Shown here in pieces: positions 33,776 to 44,226 of a DNA stretch of 64,000 bases (position 1 is the first letter of the stretch; every line of letters starts with the position of its first letter). The DNA is from Marinobacter sp. (lineage in GTDB: Bacteria > Pseudomonadota > Gammaproteobacteria > Pseudomonadales > Oleiphilaceae), in assembly GCF_052091845.1 (NCBI RefSeq), contig NZ_JBQDCO010000008.1:16180-80179 (forward strand), written 5' to 3'. Made by a program: the position numbers and the translations under genes. Under the pieces are notes generated by a model. It saw nothing but the letters and a program-made list of their open reading frames with translations. It was not told where the DNA came from and did no database searches.

Positions 33776-34822
33776 TCAGAGATAACCGAGTTCGGCCAGG
33801 AGTTCTTTCACCATTCCCAGCGCTTTTTTGGCGTTGTCGCTACGCTTGGCTTCTTCTTCCCACATTTTCTGTGCTGCCTGTGTCAGCTTGTCCTGAACGT
33901 CGTCTGGCAGTTTGTTTACTTCAACACCGTATTCGGCGATAACGTTGGCAAGGGTGCTACGTTCTTTGAAAAGGTATTCGTTAGTACGAATCCAGAACTG
34001 CTCGTTGAGCGTGTCCTTGACAATTTTCTGCATATCCTCTGGCAGTTTGTTGAGCGCTTTCTGGTTAACGATGAACACGTCGGTACCGGCTATATTCAGC
34101 GCCGGCTTAACGTGATATTTGGCAACTTCATATAAAGACATGCTGGCAGCACCCTGAACAGCCCCCCAGTGGGCACCGTCAACGACACCAGAATCCAGTG
34201 CTGAATACATTTCGCTACCGGGCACATACGAGGCCGATGCACCTGCCTCGGTCAGAAACTTTTGCAGAACGCCTGAAGAGCGGATCTTCAAGCTGGTGAA
34301 GTCATCCCAGGTTTTGATAGGTTCTTTAACGACCATTTCAGTCGGAAATACTTTTTCCGTTGACCAGTACACGCCATGCTCAGCAGCTTCGTCACGAAGC
34401 ATCTGCTCAAAACCCATGTTCTTGTGGAAATACGCAACCTCCCAAACGTTGCGGAATGCGAATGGCAGGCCTGAAGCAATGCCCGCGAGGGAGACTTTGT
34501 CTTGCGCATAAGAGGCTGCAATTGCACCCATTTCCAAAATACCGCGACTTACGGCGTTGAACGTTTCTTTGCCGCTGAAGAGCGCGCCCGCCTCATACAG
34601 TTCCAGTTTTAGGCGTCCATCAGTGCGTTCGTCTAATACCCGCTGAAGGCGCACCAGGCTGTCTTGATAGGAGCTGCTTGCGGCTGGCCAGTGCACCTGT
34701 ACTTTCCATTTGAAGGTTTCCTCCGCCGCGACTGGCGCAGCACTGAGGGTGGCGCAAAGCCCCAGGGTAAGAGCCGCTGCGTAAACGGCCAGGGTCTTGT
34801 TTGCTTTGGCAAAGAGATTCAT
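33776..34822 (-). CDS. TRAP transporter substrate-binding protein (DctP family)
   Basis: Signal peptide (AAALTLGLCATLSAAPVAA). DctP-type periplasmic binding protein of typical length. Confidence 0.85.
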   Translation of the reverse strand: MNLFAKANKTLAVYAAALTLGLCATLSAAPVAAEETFKWKVQVHWPAASSSYQDSLVRLQRVLDERTDGRLKLELYEAGALFSGKETFNAVSRGILEMGAIAASYAQDKVSLAGIASGLPFAFRNVWEVAYFHKNMGFEQMLRDEAAEHGVYWSTEKVFPTEMVVKEPIKTWDDFTSLKIRSSGVLQKFLTEAGASASYVPGSEMYSALDSGVVDGAHWGAVQGAASMSLYEVAKYHVKPALNIAGTDVFIVNQKALNKLPEDMQKIVKDTLNEQFWIRTNEYLFKERSTLANVIAEYGVEVNKLPDDVQDKLTQAAQKMWEEEAKRSDNAKKALGMVKELLAELGYL

Positions 34823-34987
34823 GGCTGTGCCTCGTTCGTTGTTGTTAATGATAGCCTTTTGGTTTCACTGTGCAGAACGTCAAACTGCTGTGTGAATTTT
34901 ATGTTTGTGAATCTATCATAGGAGTGTGCTTTTGCAATAGTATGTTTTATACGAAACCGACAGAATTGTCCTGATAAGGATAGCCCA

Positions 34988-35728
34988 ATGATCGACATTC
35001 AACAGTCTCAACGTGTTCTTCATCTTGTGATCAACCGGCCGGGTAAGAAAAACGCTCTTACCCGGAATATGTATGAGCAACTGAGTGCTGCCATAACCCG
35101 TGCCAATTTCGACGAGACGGTAAGCGCCATAGTTATCTCCGGAGCGGGAGATGTGTTCACCGCTGGGAATGATCTGGAAGATTTCAGGGCTCGCGCCACA
35201 GACGATAATCCGGAACCTTCCTCCGGGCTGGCATTCATTGAGACGCTGATGGACTGTGATACCCCGGTCATCGCCGCTGTTGAGGGCTTGGCCATTGGTA
35301 TCGGCACCACGTTGTTGTTGCATGTTGATGTTGTGGTTGCCGCCGGGAACGCGAAATTCAAGACGGCTTTTGTGGATCTCGGGTTAGTGCCCGAGGCAGC
35401 CTCAACCGTAACCATGCCTTTGCATCTGGGCGCTCGAAGGGCGACGGATTTGCTGCTGTTGGGAGAGTTGATTACTGGTAAAGAAGCTCAGGAGTGTGGG
35501 CTGGCCAGCAGGGTTGTTGAAGATGGGCGGGCAGTGGCCGAAGCGTTGAGCCTTGCCGGAAATCTGGCGGACAAACCCCGCGAAGCCCTGCGGGCGAGCA
35601 AGCGGCTGATCCGGGCGCCGTGGCGCGAACAGGCAAAACAGGCGTTGGAGCGAGAGCGCGAGGTGTTTTCGGAACGGCTTCGTTCCGACGATTGCCGGGC
35701 AGCCCTGGATAGATTAGCCCGGCGCTGA
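34988..35728 (+). CDS. enoyl-CoA hydratase/isomerase family protein
   Basis: Crotonase motifs (GAGDVFTAGNDL, VEGLAIGIGTTLLLHVD). Confidence 0.8.
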   Translation: MIDIQQSQRVLHLVINRPGKKNALTRNMYEQLSAAITRANFDETVSAIVISGAGDVFTAGNDLEDFRARATDDNPEPSSGLAFIETLMDCDTPVIAAVEGLAIGIGTTLLLHVDVVVAAGNAKFKTAFVDLGLVPEAASTVTMPLHLGARRATDLLLLGELITGKEAQECGLASRVVEDGRAVAEALSLAGNLADKPREALRASKRLIRAPWREQAKQALEREREVFSERLRSDDCRAALDRLARR

Positions 35729-35809
35729 ACGGTGCTGTCGCTTTTGATGACGGTGTATTGAGTGTCGCCAGAGTGTGTAATGGCAAACCTTGCGAGGAGT
35801 GAGAGTGCG

Positions 35810-36250
35810 ATGAGTAAACAAGAACCCCTTTATGTCGACGGCACAGATTTGCCCGGCTTTCACCGTGTGCTCGGTTACCGCCAGACCTCGTGGGAGGAGA
35901 ATGAGGCGGTCATGGAGTTGGATTTGCAGCCCGAGCATTTAAACATGGGGGGCGTTATCCATGGTGGGGTGCTTTCGTCGCTGCTTGATATTGCCCTGGC
36001 TCAGGCTGGCACCTACTGCCCCTACCCGGGGCGTGTGCGTAAAGCCGTTACTCTGACGTTAACCACAACGTTCACAGGCCAGTGTTCGGGCGGGACTATT
36101 CGGATTACTGGTCGCAAGCGCGCTGGTGGCACACGCATTTTCAACAGTACCGGTGAGGTTCATGACGACAAGGGCAATCTGCTGGCGATCGGCGAAGGCA
36201 CGTTTCAGATCCGCTCTGGCAGTGAAAAACCAGAAGGGGTTTCTCTTTAA
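35810..36250 (+). CDS. PaaI/4HBT-type hotdog thioesterase
   Basis: GGVIHGGVLSSLLDIALAQAG motif. Start set at ATG 35810, which has GAGGAG 10 nt upstream. Confidence 0.75.
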   Translation: MSKQEPLYVDGTDLPGFHRVLGYRQTSWEENEAVMELDLQPEHLNMGGVIHGGVLSSLLDIALAQAGTYCPYPGRVRKAVTLTLTTTFTGQCSGGTIRITGRKRAGGTRIFNSTGEVHDDKGNLLAIGEGTFQIRSGSEKPEGVSL

Positions 36251-36313
36251 AAAGTGTCCTGACCTGTCCGCGGTGCGGGTAGGCTAATTTTAACTCTCGG
36301 GAGAACAATAGCC

Positions 36314-37978
36314 ATGTTTACACGCCACTATGGAGTCTGGCCCAAAGAATTACCCAAGACCCTGACGTTACCGAAAACCAGTATCTTTACCAACCTGGCC
36401 ATCTCGGCTTTGCGCTACCCTGATCACACGGCCATCATTTTTTATGATGCACCCGTAACCTACCGCCGCCTGTTGGATGAGGTAGAAACCATGGCAGGTT
36501 ATCTGCAGGCCCAGGGTGTTAAAAAGGGCGATCGGGTACTGCTTTATATGCAGAACTCGCCTCAGTATGTGATCTCTTACTACGCCATTTTGCGTGCCGA
36601 TGCGGTGGTCGTACCTGTGAACCCGATGAACCGGGCTGCCGAACTTGAGCACTATATTGCGGATACTGGCTCGGCCATGTGTTTGGCGGGCCAGGAGTTG
36701 GCGAAGTACATTGCGCCGGTACTGGAGAAAACCGATCTCGAACAGGTGGTGGTTGCGTCATACAACACATATATCAATCCGGACACCGACCTGGACTTAC
36801 CCGGGGAAGTTGCGGCTCCTGTATGGTCAGATAACGTTCCGGGCCTGGTGAGTTGGGAAAGTGCCATGGCTGCTGGCCACGTTCCGTCGGCGCACACTGC
36901 TGGCCCGGAAGATCTGGCGGTAATCCCCTTCAGCTCCGGCACTACAGGAACGCCGAAAGGCTGCATGCATACGCATCGTTCGGTGATGGCAACGGCAATA
37001 CATCGAGTGACATGGAGCCAGAGCACGCCTGACAGTGTGCATTTGGCCACTTTGCCCTTTTTCCATGTGACCGGTATGACCGGCTCTATGAATGGGCCAA
37101 TTTTTACGGGGTCTGCGTGTGTCATTATGACGCGCTGGAACCGCACCGTAGGGGCCAAGCTCATTGAGCGTTATAAAGTCACCGCCTGGACCAACATTGT
37201 GACCATGGCCGTGGATTTTCTTTCCAATCCTGAAGTTGAAAAATACGACCTCAGCACCCTTGTTACGATTAGTGGTGGTGGGGCAGCCATGCCGGTTGCC
37301 GTTGCAGAAAAACTGAAGAAACTGACGGGTCTGCAGTATATAGAGGGTTACGGTCTGTCAGAAACCATGGCAGCGACTCACATGAACCCCGTTGCCAATC
37401 CCAAAGCCCAATGCCTGGGTATCCCTGCCTTTGATGTAGATAGCCGAATTATTGATCCGGACACCCTGGAACAGAAAGGGCCAGACGATGTGGGTGAGAT
37501 AGTCTCGTTTGGCCCCCAGGTCACTATTGGATACTGGAACAGACCGGCTGAAACCGATGTGGCGTTTATCGATATTGACGGTAAGCAATTCTTCCGCACT
37601 GGCGACCTGGGATATTACGACGAAGACGGTTATTTCTTCATGGTTGATCGCATCAAACGAATGATCAACGCGTCCGGGTTCAAAGTGTGGCCCTCAGAAG
37701 TTGAGGGGCTGATGTACCAGCACCCTGCTATTCATGAGGTATGCATTATATCAGCGCCGGATGCTAAGCGTGGTGAAACTGTAAAGGCCTGTATCGTGCT
37801 GACACCCGACGCCGAACACCACACCAGTGTTGAGGATATTACCCGTTGGTGTAAGGAGCAGATGGCGGCTTATAAAGTGCCTACGATTGTCGAGTTCGTG
37901 ACCGCCCTTCCAAAGTCGCCCACGGGTAAGCTGATGTGGCGGACGCTTCAGGAGGGTGAGTGGAAAGAAACGGACTGA
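36314..37978 (+). CDS. acyl-CoA synthetase (AMP-forming, fatty-acid/dicarboxylate-CoA ligase class)
   Basis: AMP-binding motifs FSSGTTGTPKG, GYGLSET, TGDLGYYDEDGYFFMVDRIKRMI and PKSPTGKL. Confidence 0.85.
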   Translation: MFTRHYGVWPKELPKTLTLPKTSIFTNLAISALRYPDHTAIIFYDAPVTYRRLLDEVETMAGYLQAQGVKKGDRVLLYMQNSPQYVISYYAILRADAVVVPVNPMNRAAELEHYIADTGSAMCLAGQELAKYIAPVLEKTDLEQVVVASYNTYINPDTDLDLPGEVAAPVWSDNVPGLVSWESAMAAGHVPSAHTAGPEDLAVIPFSSGTTGTPKGCMHTHRSVMATAIHRVTWSQSTPDSVHLATLPFFHVTGMTGSMNGPIFTGSACVIMTRWNRTVGAKLIERYKVTAWTNIVTMAVDFLSNPEVEKYDLSTLVTISGGGAAMPVAVAEKLKKLTGLQYIEGYGLSETMAATHMNPVANPKAQCLGIPAFDVDSRIIDPDTLEQKGPDDVGEIVSFGPQVTIGYWNRPAETDVAFIDIDGKQFFRTGDLGYYDEDGYFFMVDRIKRMINASGFKVWPSEVEGLMYQHPAIHEVCIISAPDAKRGETVKACIVLTPDAEHHTSVEDITRWCKEQMAAYKVPTIVEFVTALPKSPTGKLMWRTLQEGEWKETD

Positions 37979-38014
37979 ACCGTTGTTTGATCATTTGGAG
38001 GATCGATTCTGATC

Positions 38015-38950
38015 ATGAATAACAAACCCAGTATTCTAATTTTGGGAGCCGGAGCGATTGGCGGCTTTTACGGTGCTATTCTCAAAAAAGCCGGTTGTCG
38101 GGTGAGCACCGTATTGCGTTCAGACTACGAAGCTGTCAAAGCTCAGGGTGTGCGTATTAACAGCCCGCTCGGAGATCTGTCCTACCGGCCCGACCAGGTA
38201 TACCGGGAGGGTGACTTGCCCGATGAAGCGCCGGACTTTTTGATTGTTTGTGTGAAGATATTACCCGGCGTGGACCGAATTCAGCTGGTTGCTCCGTGGA
38301 TTGGCGAGAAAACCTGCCTGGTGTTGATCGAAAACGGCCTGGACATTGAAAGAGAGCTGGCAGACGCCTATCCCGGTAACCCACTTATAAGCTGCCTGGC
38401 TTTTATTGCCGTGAGCCGGGCAGAGACCGGCGTGGTTGAGCATAAAGCCTATGGCAAGTTGGTAATGGGGCAGTATCCAAAGGGGGTTGATGACAACTGT
38501 CAGGTCTTGTCACAGCTGTTTCAGGCGGGCGGTATTAATGTTGGCTTGACCGAGCAGGTGGTGGGAGAGCGCTGGCGCAAGTGCCTCTGGAATACGCCGT
38601 TTAATCCGCTGTCGGTCATTGCCAACGGTGCCGATACCCGCACCATTCTGGATACGACAGGCGGCGAAGAGCTGATCCGAGCCATGATGCGTGAGGTGAT
38701 GGATGTCGCTGCGGCAGAAGGCTATCCAATAGATGAAGCACTGCTGGAAAAGAACATCGCCGGCACCCGGAAAATGCCTGCCTACAAGAACAGCATGGCG
38801 ATGGATTACCTGAACGATCGCCCGATCGAGCGGGAGGCCGTGCTGGGCAATGTGGTGGCCATTGCGCAACAGCATGGCATTGCTGTGCCGCATCTGAACA
38901 CGGTACTGGTTACGCTTAAAATGCGAGCAGCGTTGGAGGGGCGGGAGTAG
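38015..38950 (+). CDS. 2-dehydropantoate 2-reductase (ApbA/PanE) family oxidoreductase
   Basis: N-terminal Rossmann motif ILILGAGAIGGFYG. The C-terminal SMAMDYLNDRPIEREAVLG is typical of ketopantoate-reductase-like proteins. Confidence 0.75.
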   Translation: MNNKPSILILGAGAIGGFYGAILKKAGCRVSTVLRSDYEAVKAQGVRINSPLGDLSYRPDQVYREGDLPDEAPDFLIVCVKILPGVDRIQLVAPWIGEKTCLVLIENGLDIERELADAYPGNPLISCLAFIAVSRAETGVVEHKAYGKLVMGQYPKGVDDNCQVLSQLFQAGGINVGLTEQVVGERWRKCLWNTPFNPLSVIANGADTRTILDTTGGEELIRAMMREVMDVAAAEGYPIDEALLEKNIAGTRKMPAYKNSMAMDYLNDRPIEREAVLGNVVAIAQQHGIAVPHLNTVLVTLKMRAALEGRE

Positions 38951-38963
38951 TGGTTCGAAAACA

Positions 38964-38984
38964 GGGGGTGGCAAAGCCACCCCC
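38964..38984. terminator. hairpin between convergent genes
   Basis: Perfect 9-bp GC-rich stem gggggtggc-aaa-gccaccccc, followed on the minus strand by tgttttcg. Confidence 0.5.
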
Positions 38985-39040
38985 GAAAAAGACCTCTGAC
39001 TAATCCGAAAGAGGCCTCAGGCTCACCAATCAATAGGGGT

Positions 39041-40183
39041 TTAGCCAGCCTGTAAAAACGAGGCGTAGCGCTCCAGATGAAAATCATCATCACCCAGCTG
39101 ATGGTTGATCATGATCAGGCGCTTGGCATAGTGGGCGAAGTTGTATTCCCAGGTCATGCCGATGCCACCATGAGACTGTATGCCCTGTTCTGAAATAAAC
39201 TGCCCACTGCGGCCGATGATGTTTTTTGCGGCGGCCAGCACGCGGCGGCGATCATCACTCTGCTCTTCGTCTGCCACACTGGCGGCCAGGATGGCCATCG
39301 AGCGGGCCTGTTCCAGTTCAGACATCATGTCTACCATGCGGTGCTGCAGCACCTGAAACTTGCCAATGGGCACGCCAAACTGCTTGCGCTGCTTGAGGTA
39401 GTCCAGAGTCAGCTCGTTGGCCGCTTCCATAACGCCGACAGCCTCTGCACACAGAGCGGCAATCGCACGGCCGGTTTGATATTCAATGACCTCTGCGGCT
39501 TGGCCCTCTTCACCCAGCAGTGCATCGGCGCTTACCTGAACGCTGTTCAGAGTAAGATCGCAGCCCTTGAAGCCATCCATGGTGGGGTAACTCCGACGCT
39601 CGATTCCGGCGGTATCCGGCTTCAGGGCAAATAAACTGATGCCGCTGGCATCACGGGCGTCACCGGAGGTGCGTGCGGACACCAGAATAAGGTCTGCACA
39701 GTGTCCGCCGATAACGACGGCCTTGTGGCCATTGAGCACATAGCCGGTGTCGTTTTTCTCAGCACGGGTTTCCACATCGTTGAGGTTGTAGTAACTCTGG
39801 GGCTCCTGAAGTGCAACTGCCGCTTGCAGTTCGCCGCTGGCAATGCCGCTCAACCAGGTTTCTCGCTGGCTGTCGTTGCCTGCCTGGTTGACCAGGCCCC
39901 CAGCAAAAATAACAGACTGCAGGTACGGTTCCAGGCACAGGCCGCGGCCCAGTTCGGTCATGACTGACTGTACTTCGACACCGCCACCGCCGAAGCCGCC
40001 CAGCTCTTCGGAGAAAGGCACGGCTGTCAGCCCCAGTTCACCGAATTGCTTCCAGAAATCCACGCTGAACCCGGCCTCGGTTTCGCTGAACGCCATGCGC
40101 TTTTCAAAACTGTATTCGCCACGCACCAGGCGGGCGACGGTATCCTGCAGCATCTGCTGCTCTTCATTGAGTTGAAAATCCAT
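39041..40183 (-). CDS. acyl-CoA dehydrogenase family protein (second of an adjacent pair)
   Basis: 380 aa with ACAD N-terminal, middle and C-terminal domains (FGVPIGKFQVLQHRMVDM). Confidence 0.85.
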   Translation of the reverse strand: MDFQLNEEQQMLQDTVARLVRGEYSFEKRMAFSETEAGFSVDFWKQFGELGLTAVPFSEELGGFGGGGVEVQSVMTELGRGLCLEPYLQSVIFAGGLVNQAGNDSQRETWLSGIASGELQAAVALQEPQSYYNLNDVETRAEKNDTGYVLNGHKAVVIGGHCADLILVSARTSGDARDASGISLFALKPDTAGIERRSYPTMDGFKGCDLTLNSVQVSADALLGEEGQAAEVIEYQTGRAIAALCAEAVGVMEAANELTLDYLKQRKQFGVPIGKFQVLQHRMVDMMSELEQARSMAILAASVADEEQSDDRRRVLAAAKNIIGRSGQFISEQGIQSHGGIGMTWEYNFAHYAKRLIMINHQLGDDDFHLERYASFLQAG

Positions 40184-40193
40184 GGTCGCCTCC

Positions 40194-41390
40194 TTAAAGC
40201 CCGAGAATCATTTTCGATACAATGTTTTTCTGGATCTCGTTGGATCCGCCGAAAATCGAGAGCTTACGGTTATTGAAATACTGAGCGGACAGGGGCGCTG
40301 CGTTCTCGTCTGACAGGAACTCGCCTTCATAGTCATAGTCCAGCTCTTCTTCCACAAACGGGATGGCGTAGGGCCCAATGGCTCTGCGTGCCAGATCGTT
40401 AATGGCTTGGCGAATTTCTGTGCCTTTCACCTTCAGCATGGAGCTTTCTGCACCGGGCATGCCGCCACCTTCAACCGCATCAATAATTCGCAGGTTGCTT
40501 ATGGTCGCTGCAGTCAGATCAATTTCCACCTTGGCAATGCGCTGGCTGAAGGCTGTGTCTTCAATCAGCGGGCGACCGTTCTTGAGTCGACGGGAGGCCA
40601 GCGTTTTCAGGTGCGACAGTGCCGCTTTGGACATACCGATCCCGGCGAGGCCGGTGCGCTCATAGGTGAGCAGGAACTTGGCATAGGTCCAACCCTTGTC
40701 TTCTTCACCGATAAGATTTTCAACGGGGACTTTTACGTCTTCAAAGAAAACCTCGTTCACTTCGTGCTCGCCATCCAGGGTGATGATCGGGCGCACGCTG
40801 ATGCCCGGTGTGTTCATATCGATCAGCAGAAAAGAAATGCCTGCCTGAGGCTTTACTTCGGTGTTGGTGCGCACCAGGCAGAAAATCATGTTGGCGTGCT
40901 GGCCAAGTGTGGTCCAGGTTTTCTGGCCATTCACAATATAATGATCGCCCTCACGCACGGCACGGGTTTTCAGCGAGGCCAGATCCGAGCCTGCGCCCGG
41001 TTCGGAATAACCCTGGCACCACCAGTCTTCACCGCTGAGGATGCGAGGCAGGTATGTTTGCTTCTGCTCTTCGTTGCCAAACTGGATGATGACCGGCGCC
41101 ACCATGTTCACGCCGAACGGAATGGAGCGGGGAACACCGTAGTGGCAGGACTCTTCGTCCCAGATGTGTTTCTGAATGGGCGACCATTCCACACCGCCGT
41201 ACTGTTCCGGCCAGTGGGTGGCGTACCAGCCCTGCGCCGTGAGAATTTTTTGCCAGCGTTGATGGTCTTCTTTGGACAGGTGGCGGGCACCCTTCACTTT
41301 GGCCGAAATATCGGCCGGCAGTTTTTCATCCAGGAAAGCACGCACTTCGTCGCGGAAGGCAAGCTCCTCGGCGGTGTAGTTCATGTTCAT
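40194..41390 (-). CDS. acyl-CoA dehydrogenase family protein (first of an adjacent pair)
   Basis: 398 aa. WWCQGYSEPGAGSDLASL and IVNGQKTWTT motifs. A 10-nt gap with AAGGAGG separates it from the partner gene. Confidence 0.85.
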   Translation of the reverse strand: MNMNYTAEELAFRDEVRAFLDEKLPADISAKVKGARHLSKEDHQRWQKILTAQGWYATHWPEQYGGVEWSPIQKHIWDEESCHYGVPRSIPFGVNMVAPVIIQFGNEEQKQTYLPRILSGEDWWCQGYSEPGAGSDLASLKTRAVREGDHYIVNGQKTWTTLGQHANMIFCLVRTNTEVKPQAGISFLLIDMNTPGISVRPIITLDGEHEVNEVFFEDVKVPVENLIGEEDKGWTYAKFLLTYERTGLAGIGMSKAALSHLKTLASRRLKNGRPLIEDTAFSQRIAKVEIDLTAATISNLRIIDAVEGGGMPGAESSMLKVKGTEIRQAINDLARRAIGPYAIPFVEEELDYDYEGEFLSDENAAPLSAQYFNNRKLSIFGGSNEIQKNIVSKMILGL

Positions 41391-41447
41391 TGGTTAGCCT
41401 CGTAATGTTTAACGGTTAAGCTTGAAATGAATGTGAAAGCGCCGGTA

Positions 41448-42617
41448 TCAGCTAAACGCTGCAATACCTGTCTGGCCGCGCCCAAGAATAAGGGCATGAA
41501 CATCGTGAGTGCCTTCATAAGTATTAACCGCCTCTAAATTCATCACGTGACGGATTACGTGATATTCGTCGGAGATACCGTTACCACCGTGCATGTCGCG
41601 GGCAACCCGGGCGATATCCAATGCCTTACCGCAGTTGTTGCGTTTGAGCAGAGATATGGCATCTGGTGTGGCCTCGCCCGAATCCATCATGCGTCCAAGC
41701 TGCAGAACCGCCTGCAGGCCCAGCGTGATCTCTGTTTGCATGTCTACCAGCTTTTTCTGGATCAATTGGTTGGCGGCCAAGGGCCGGCCGAACTGCTTAC
41801 GCTCCAGGGTGTAATTCCGGGCTGCGTGCCAGCAAAACTCAGCAGCGCCCAAAGAGCCCCAGCTGATGCCGAAACGAGCTTTGTTCAGGCAGCTGAACGG
41901 GCCTTTCAGGCCGTTTACTTCCAGCTTGTTTTCGTCTGGTACAAAGACCTCATCCATAAAGATGGAACCGGTCTCCGAGGCGCGAAGCGAGAACTTGCCC
42001 GGAATCTTCGGTGTTTCCAGGCCTTTGGAGCCTTCGCGCTCGACTACAAAGCCGGTCACTGTGCCGTCCAGCTTGGCCCAGACTACGCACACGTCGGCGA
42101 TAGGCGAGTTGGTGATCCAGGTTTTGGAGCCGCTCAGCAGGTAGCCGCCGTCCACTTTTTTGGCGCGGGTTTCCATGCCACCCGGATCAGATCCGTGGTT
42201 GGGTTCGGTCAAGCCGAAGCAACCAACCATTTCGCCAGAGGCCAGCTTGGGCAAAATGCGTTTTTTCAGAGCTTCCTGGCCGAACGCATGAATTGGGTGA
42301 ATAACCAGTGAGGACTGAACGCTCAAGGCAGAGCGATAGGCAGAGTCAACACGTTCTACTTCGCGGGCGATCAATCCGTAACAGACGTGGCTCAGACCTG
42401 GGCCGCCATACTCCTCTGGTAGAGTGGCCCCAAGCATGCCCAGTTCGCCCATATCGGTGAAAATGCTGCGGTCGAACGTTTCATGGCGGTTGGCTTCGGC
42501 GATGCCAGGCATCAGGCTCTTATCACAGAAACTGCGAATGCTGTCCCGAACCTGGCGCTCGGTTTCATCCAGTTGCTTGTCAAACTGCAGCAGGTCATCC
42601 CAGGGGGCGGAAGCCAT
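41448..42617 (-). CDS. gcdH: glutaryl-CoA dehydrogenase
   Basis: 389 aa. The N-terminus [26 protein letters not shown], the [17 protein letters not shown] motif and the C-terminal [13 protein letters not shown] are typical of GcdH. Confidence 0.8.
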   Translation of the reverse strand: MASAPWDDLLQFDKQLDETERQVRDSIRSFCDKSLMPGIAEANRHETFDRSIFTDMGELGMLGATLPEEYGGPGLSHVCYGLIAREVERVDSAYRSALSVQSSLVIHPIHAFGQEALKKRILPKLASGEMVGCFGLTEPNHGSDPGGMETRAKKVDGGYLLSGSKTWITNSPIADVCVVWAKLDGTVTGFVVEREGSKGLETPKIPGKFSLRASETGSIFMDEVFVPDENKLEVNGLKGPFSCLNKARFGISWGSLGAAEFCWHAARNYTLERKQFGRPLAANQLIQKKLVDMQTEITLGLQAVLQLGRMMDSGEATPDAISLLKRNNCGKALDIARVARDMHGGNGISDEYHVIRHVMNLEAVNTYEGTHDVHALILGRGQTGIAAFS

Positions 42618-42864
42618 AATGTTACTCCTCAGTAAAATCAGTTATTAACTTGTTCAATCAGAATGCTCAGGTTGCCGGTGAAATCTGTAAACTCGGCAAT
42701 AAAATATTCCGGGCTGCCTTGTCGTTTGTGCTAGTATTGTTCCGTTAAGCGAAACTAAGTTTTGTATTGGCTTGTCAAAAAGACTAATCCGGGTTTGTGT
42801 GAAATGCAAGCGGAGACCGTCACTGACGTCGCAACTATGAACAGGAGGCAAGGGCAGGGCAGGC

Positions 42865-44226
42865 ATGAGTACTGCAGATCGTTGGTTGTTACCTTTGGCC
42901 GTTTTGCTTGAGCTGGTTGCTATGTGTATGTCTAGCACAGAGCTCGGCGCACTGGCGGGAGTGCTGTTTGTTTTTTGCTTTTTGTGGGCGGGCGGCCGAC
43001 TACAGGCGTACTCGCGTGTGTTGTTGTTGCTCTCTCTGGTGACGGTGGCATGGTTGGGGTTTCGTGGTTATCTGGGCAAGGGGCAGTTGATCAAGGCATC
43101 CGCCGATGCCGCGTTTTACGCGGCCTTTCTTGGTAGCTTGGGCATGATGCAATGCCTGGTAAGGCGCTTTGAGGTCCTGCGGCGGATTCACGATGTTTTA
43201 TTGGGTGGGCGGCCGGTTTGGCTGTATCCAAAATACGCTCTCGTGAGTTGTAGCATAGCCTCGGTGCTGAGCTTTGGCATGATGAACCTGTTGTGCGGCA
43301 GCCTTTCGGAAACCCTGCGGGAACGGGAAATTACCGGGGAGTCTCGTCGGCAATGGCTGCGCAGCGTACTGGTCAGTGCACTCCGTGGTTTTGCGCTTGT
43401 GCCCCTTGTGGCGCCTACCAGTGTCGCTGTGGCCATACTGACCCGAGAGCTACCCGAGTTGAGCTGGTCCATGCTTTTGCCCTACGGTATCGCGGCTTCG
43501 ATCGTGCTGGTTTCGGTTGGCTGGATGCTGGAGCATCGCCGCTTTCGTGACGTCAGCGGTGAGCGCGTGGCGCTGACTCGAATACCGACTGGCACGTTCC
43601 GGCTACTTGGCTTGGTGCTGCTCGTGTTCGCCGTTATGGCCGTTATTGTCTTTTTGACTGATTTTAAGGTGTCAGCTGCAGCCATGCTGGCTGTGCCCTC
43701 GGTTACGCTTCTGTACATGGCGTGGCATGAACGATCGCTTAAGGCTGTGGTTAAGGAGGGTGCCGTCCAGGTTTCAGCGATGAATAATGAGATGGCGATT
43801 TTTTCAGCGTCGGCGATCCTGGGGGGCACACTGGCCAGCGTGATTCCAAACGATGCTCTGAGTGGCCTCGTTACATCCGCTGGCGGAATGTGGGTGCTTG
43901 CCGTGGCCGGTCTTTTGATGCTGCCGCTGCTTTCAATGATTGGCATTATCCCGATTACGGTGCTTAGCGTTCAGGCTGGTCTGCTGCCGCAACTTATTGC
44001 GGAGGGCATGGATCCGGTTTTGATATCGGTAGCTTTGGTGATTGGTTTTTCCCTGGCTATGATGCTTTCGCCCTTTGGGCCATCTGTGATGCTGCTGTCG
44101 CGTTTTGGCCAGGTGTCTCGTTCGGTGGTCGCGTTCCGCTGGAATGGCGTGTTCGTATTGATTGCTGTGCCTGCGCTGCTCGTGCTTCTGGCCCTCGAGA
44201 TTGTTGTGTTGCCCGTGGTTGGTTGA
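42865..44226 (+). CDS. uncharacterised polytopic membrane protein (possible transporter)
   Basis: 453 aa with about 11-12 hydrophobic helices. I recognise no family motif. Divergent from gcdH. Confidence 0.55.
   Translation: MSTADRWLLPLAVLLELVAMCMSSTELGALAGVLFVFCFLWAGGRLQAYSRVLLLLSLVTVAWLGFRGYLGKGQLIKASADAAFYAAFLGSLGMMQCLVRRFEVLRRIHDVLLGGRPVWLYPKYALVSCSIASVLSFGMMNLLCGSLSETLREREITGESRRQWLRSVLVSALRGFALVPLVAPTSVAVAILTRELPELSWSMLLPYGIAASIVLVSVGWMLEHRRFRDVSGERVALTRIPTGTFRLLGLVLLVFAVMAVIVFLTDFKVSAAAMLAVPSVTLLYMAWHERSLKAVVKEGAVQVSAMNNEMAIFSASAILGGTLASVIPNDALSGLVTSAGGMWVLAVAGLLMLPLLSMIGIIPITVLSVQAGLLPQLIAEGMDPVLISVALVIGFSLAMMLSPFGPSVMLLSRFGQVSRSVVAFRWNGVFVLIAVPALLVLLALEIVVLPVVG

Noticed and set aside
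40407-41405. 332-aa antisense ORF inside the acyl-CoA dehydrogenase gene. Similar long antisense ORFs occur at 26367-27314, 8231-8998, 48059-48826, 41547-42311 and 55032-55700.
   Set aside because: All lie entirely within well-supported genes on the opposite strand and show no motifs. I treat them as non-coding shadows.
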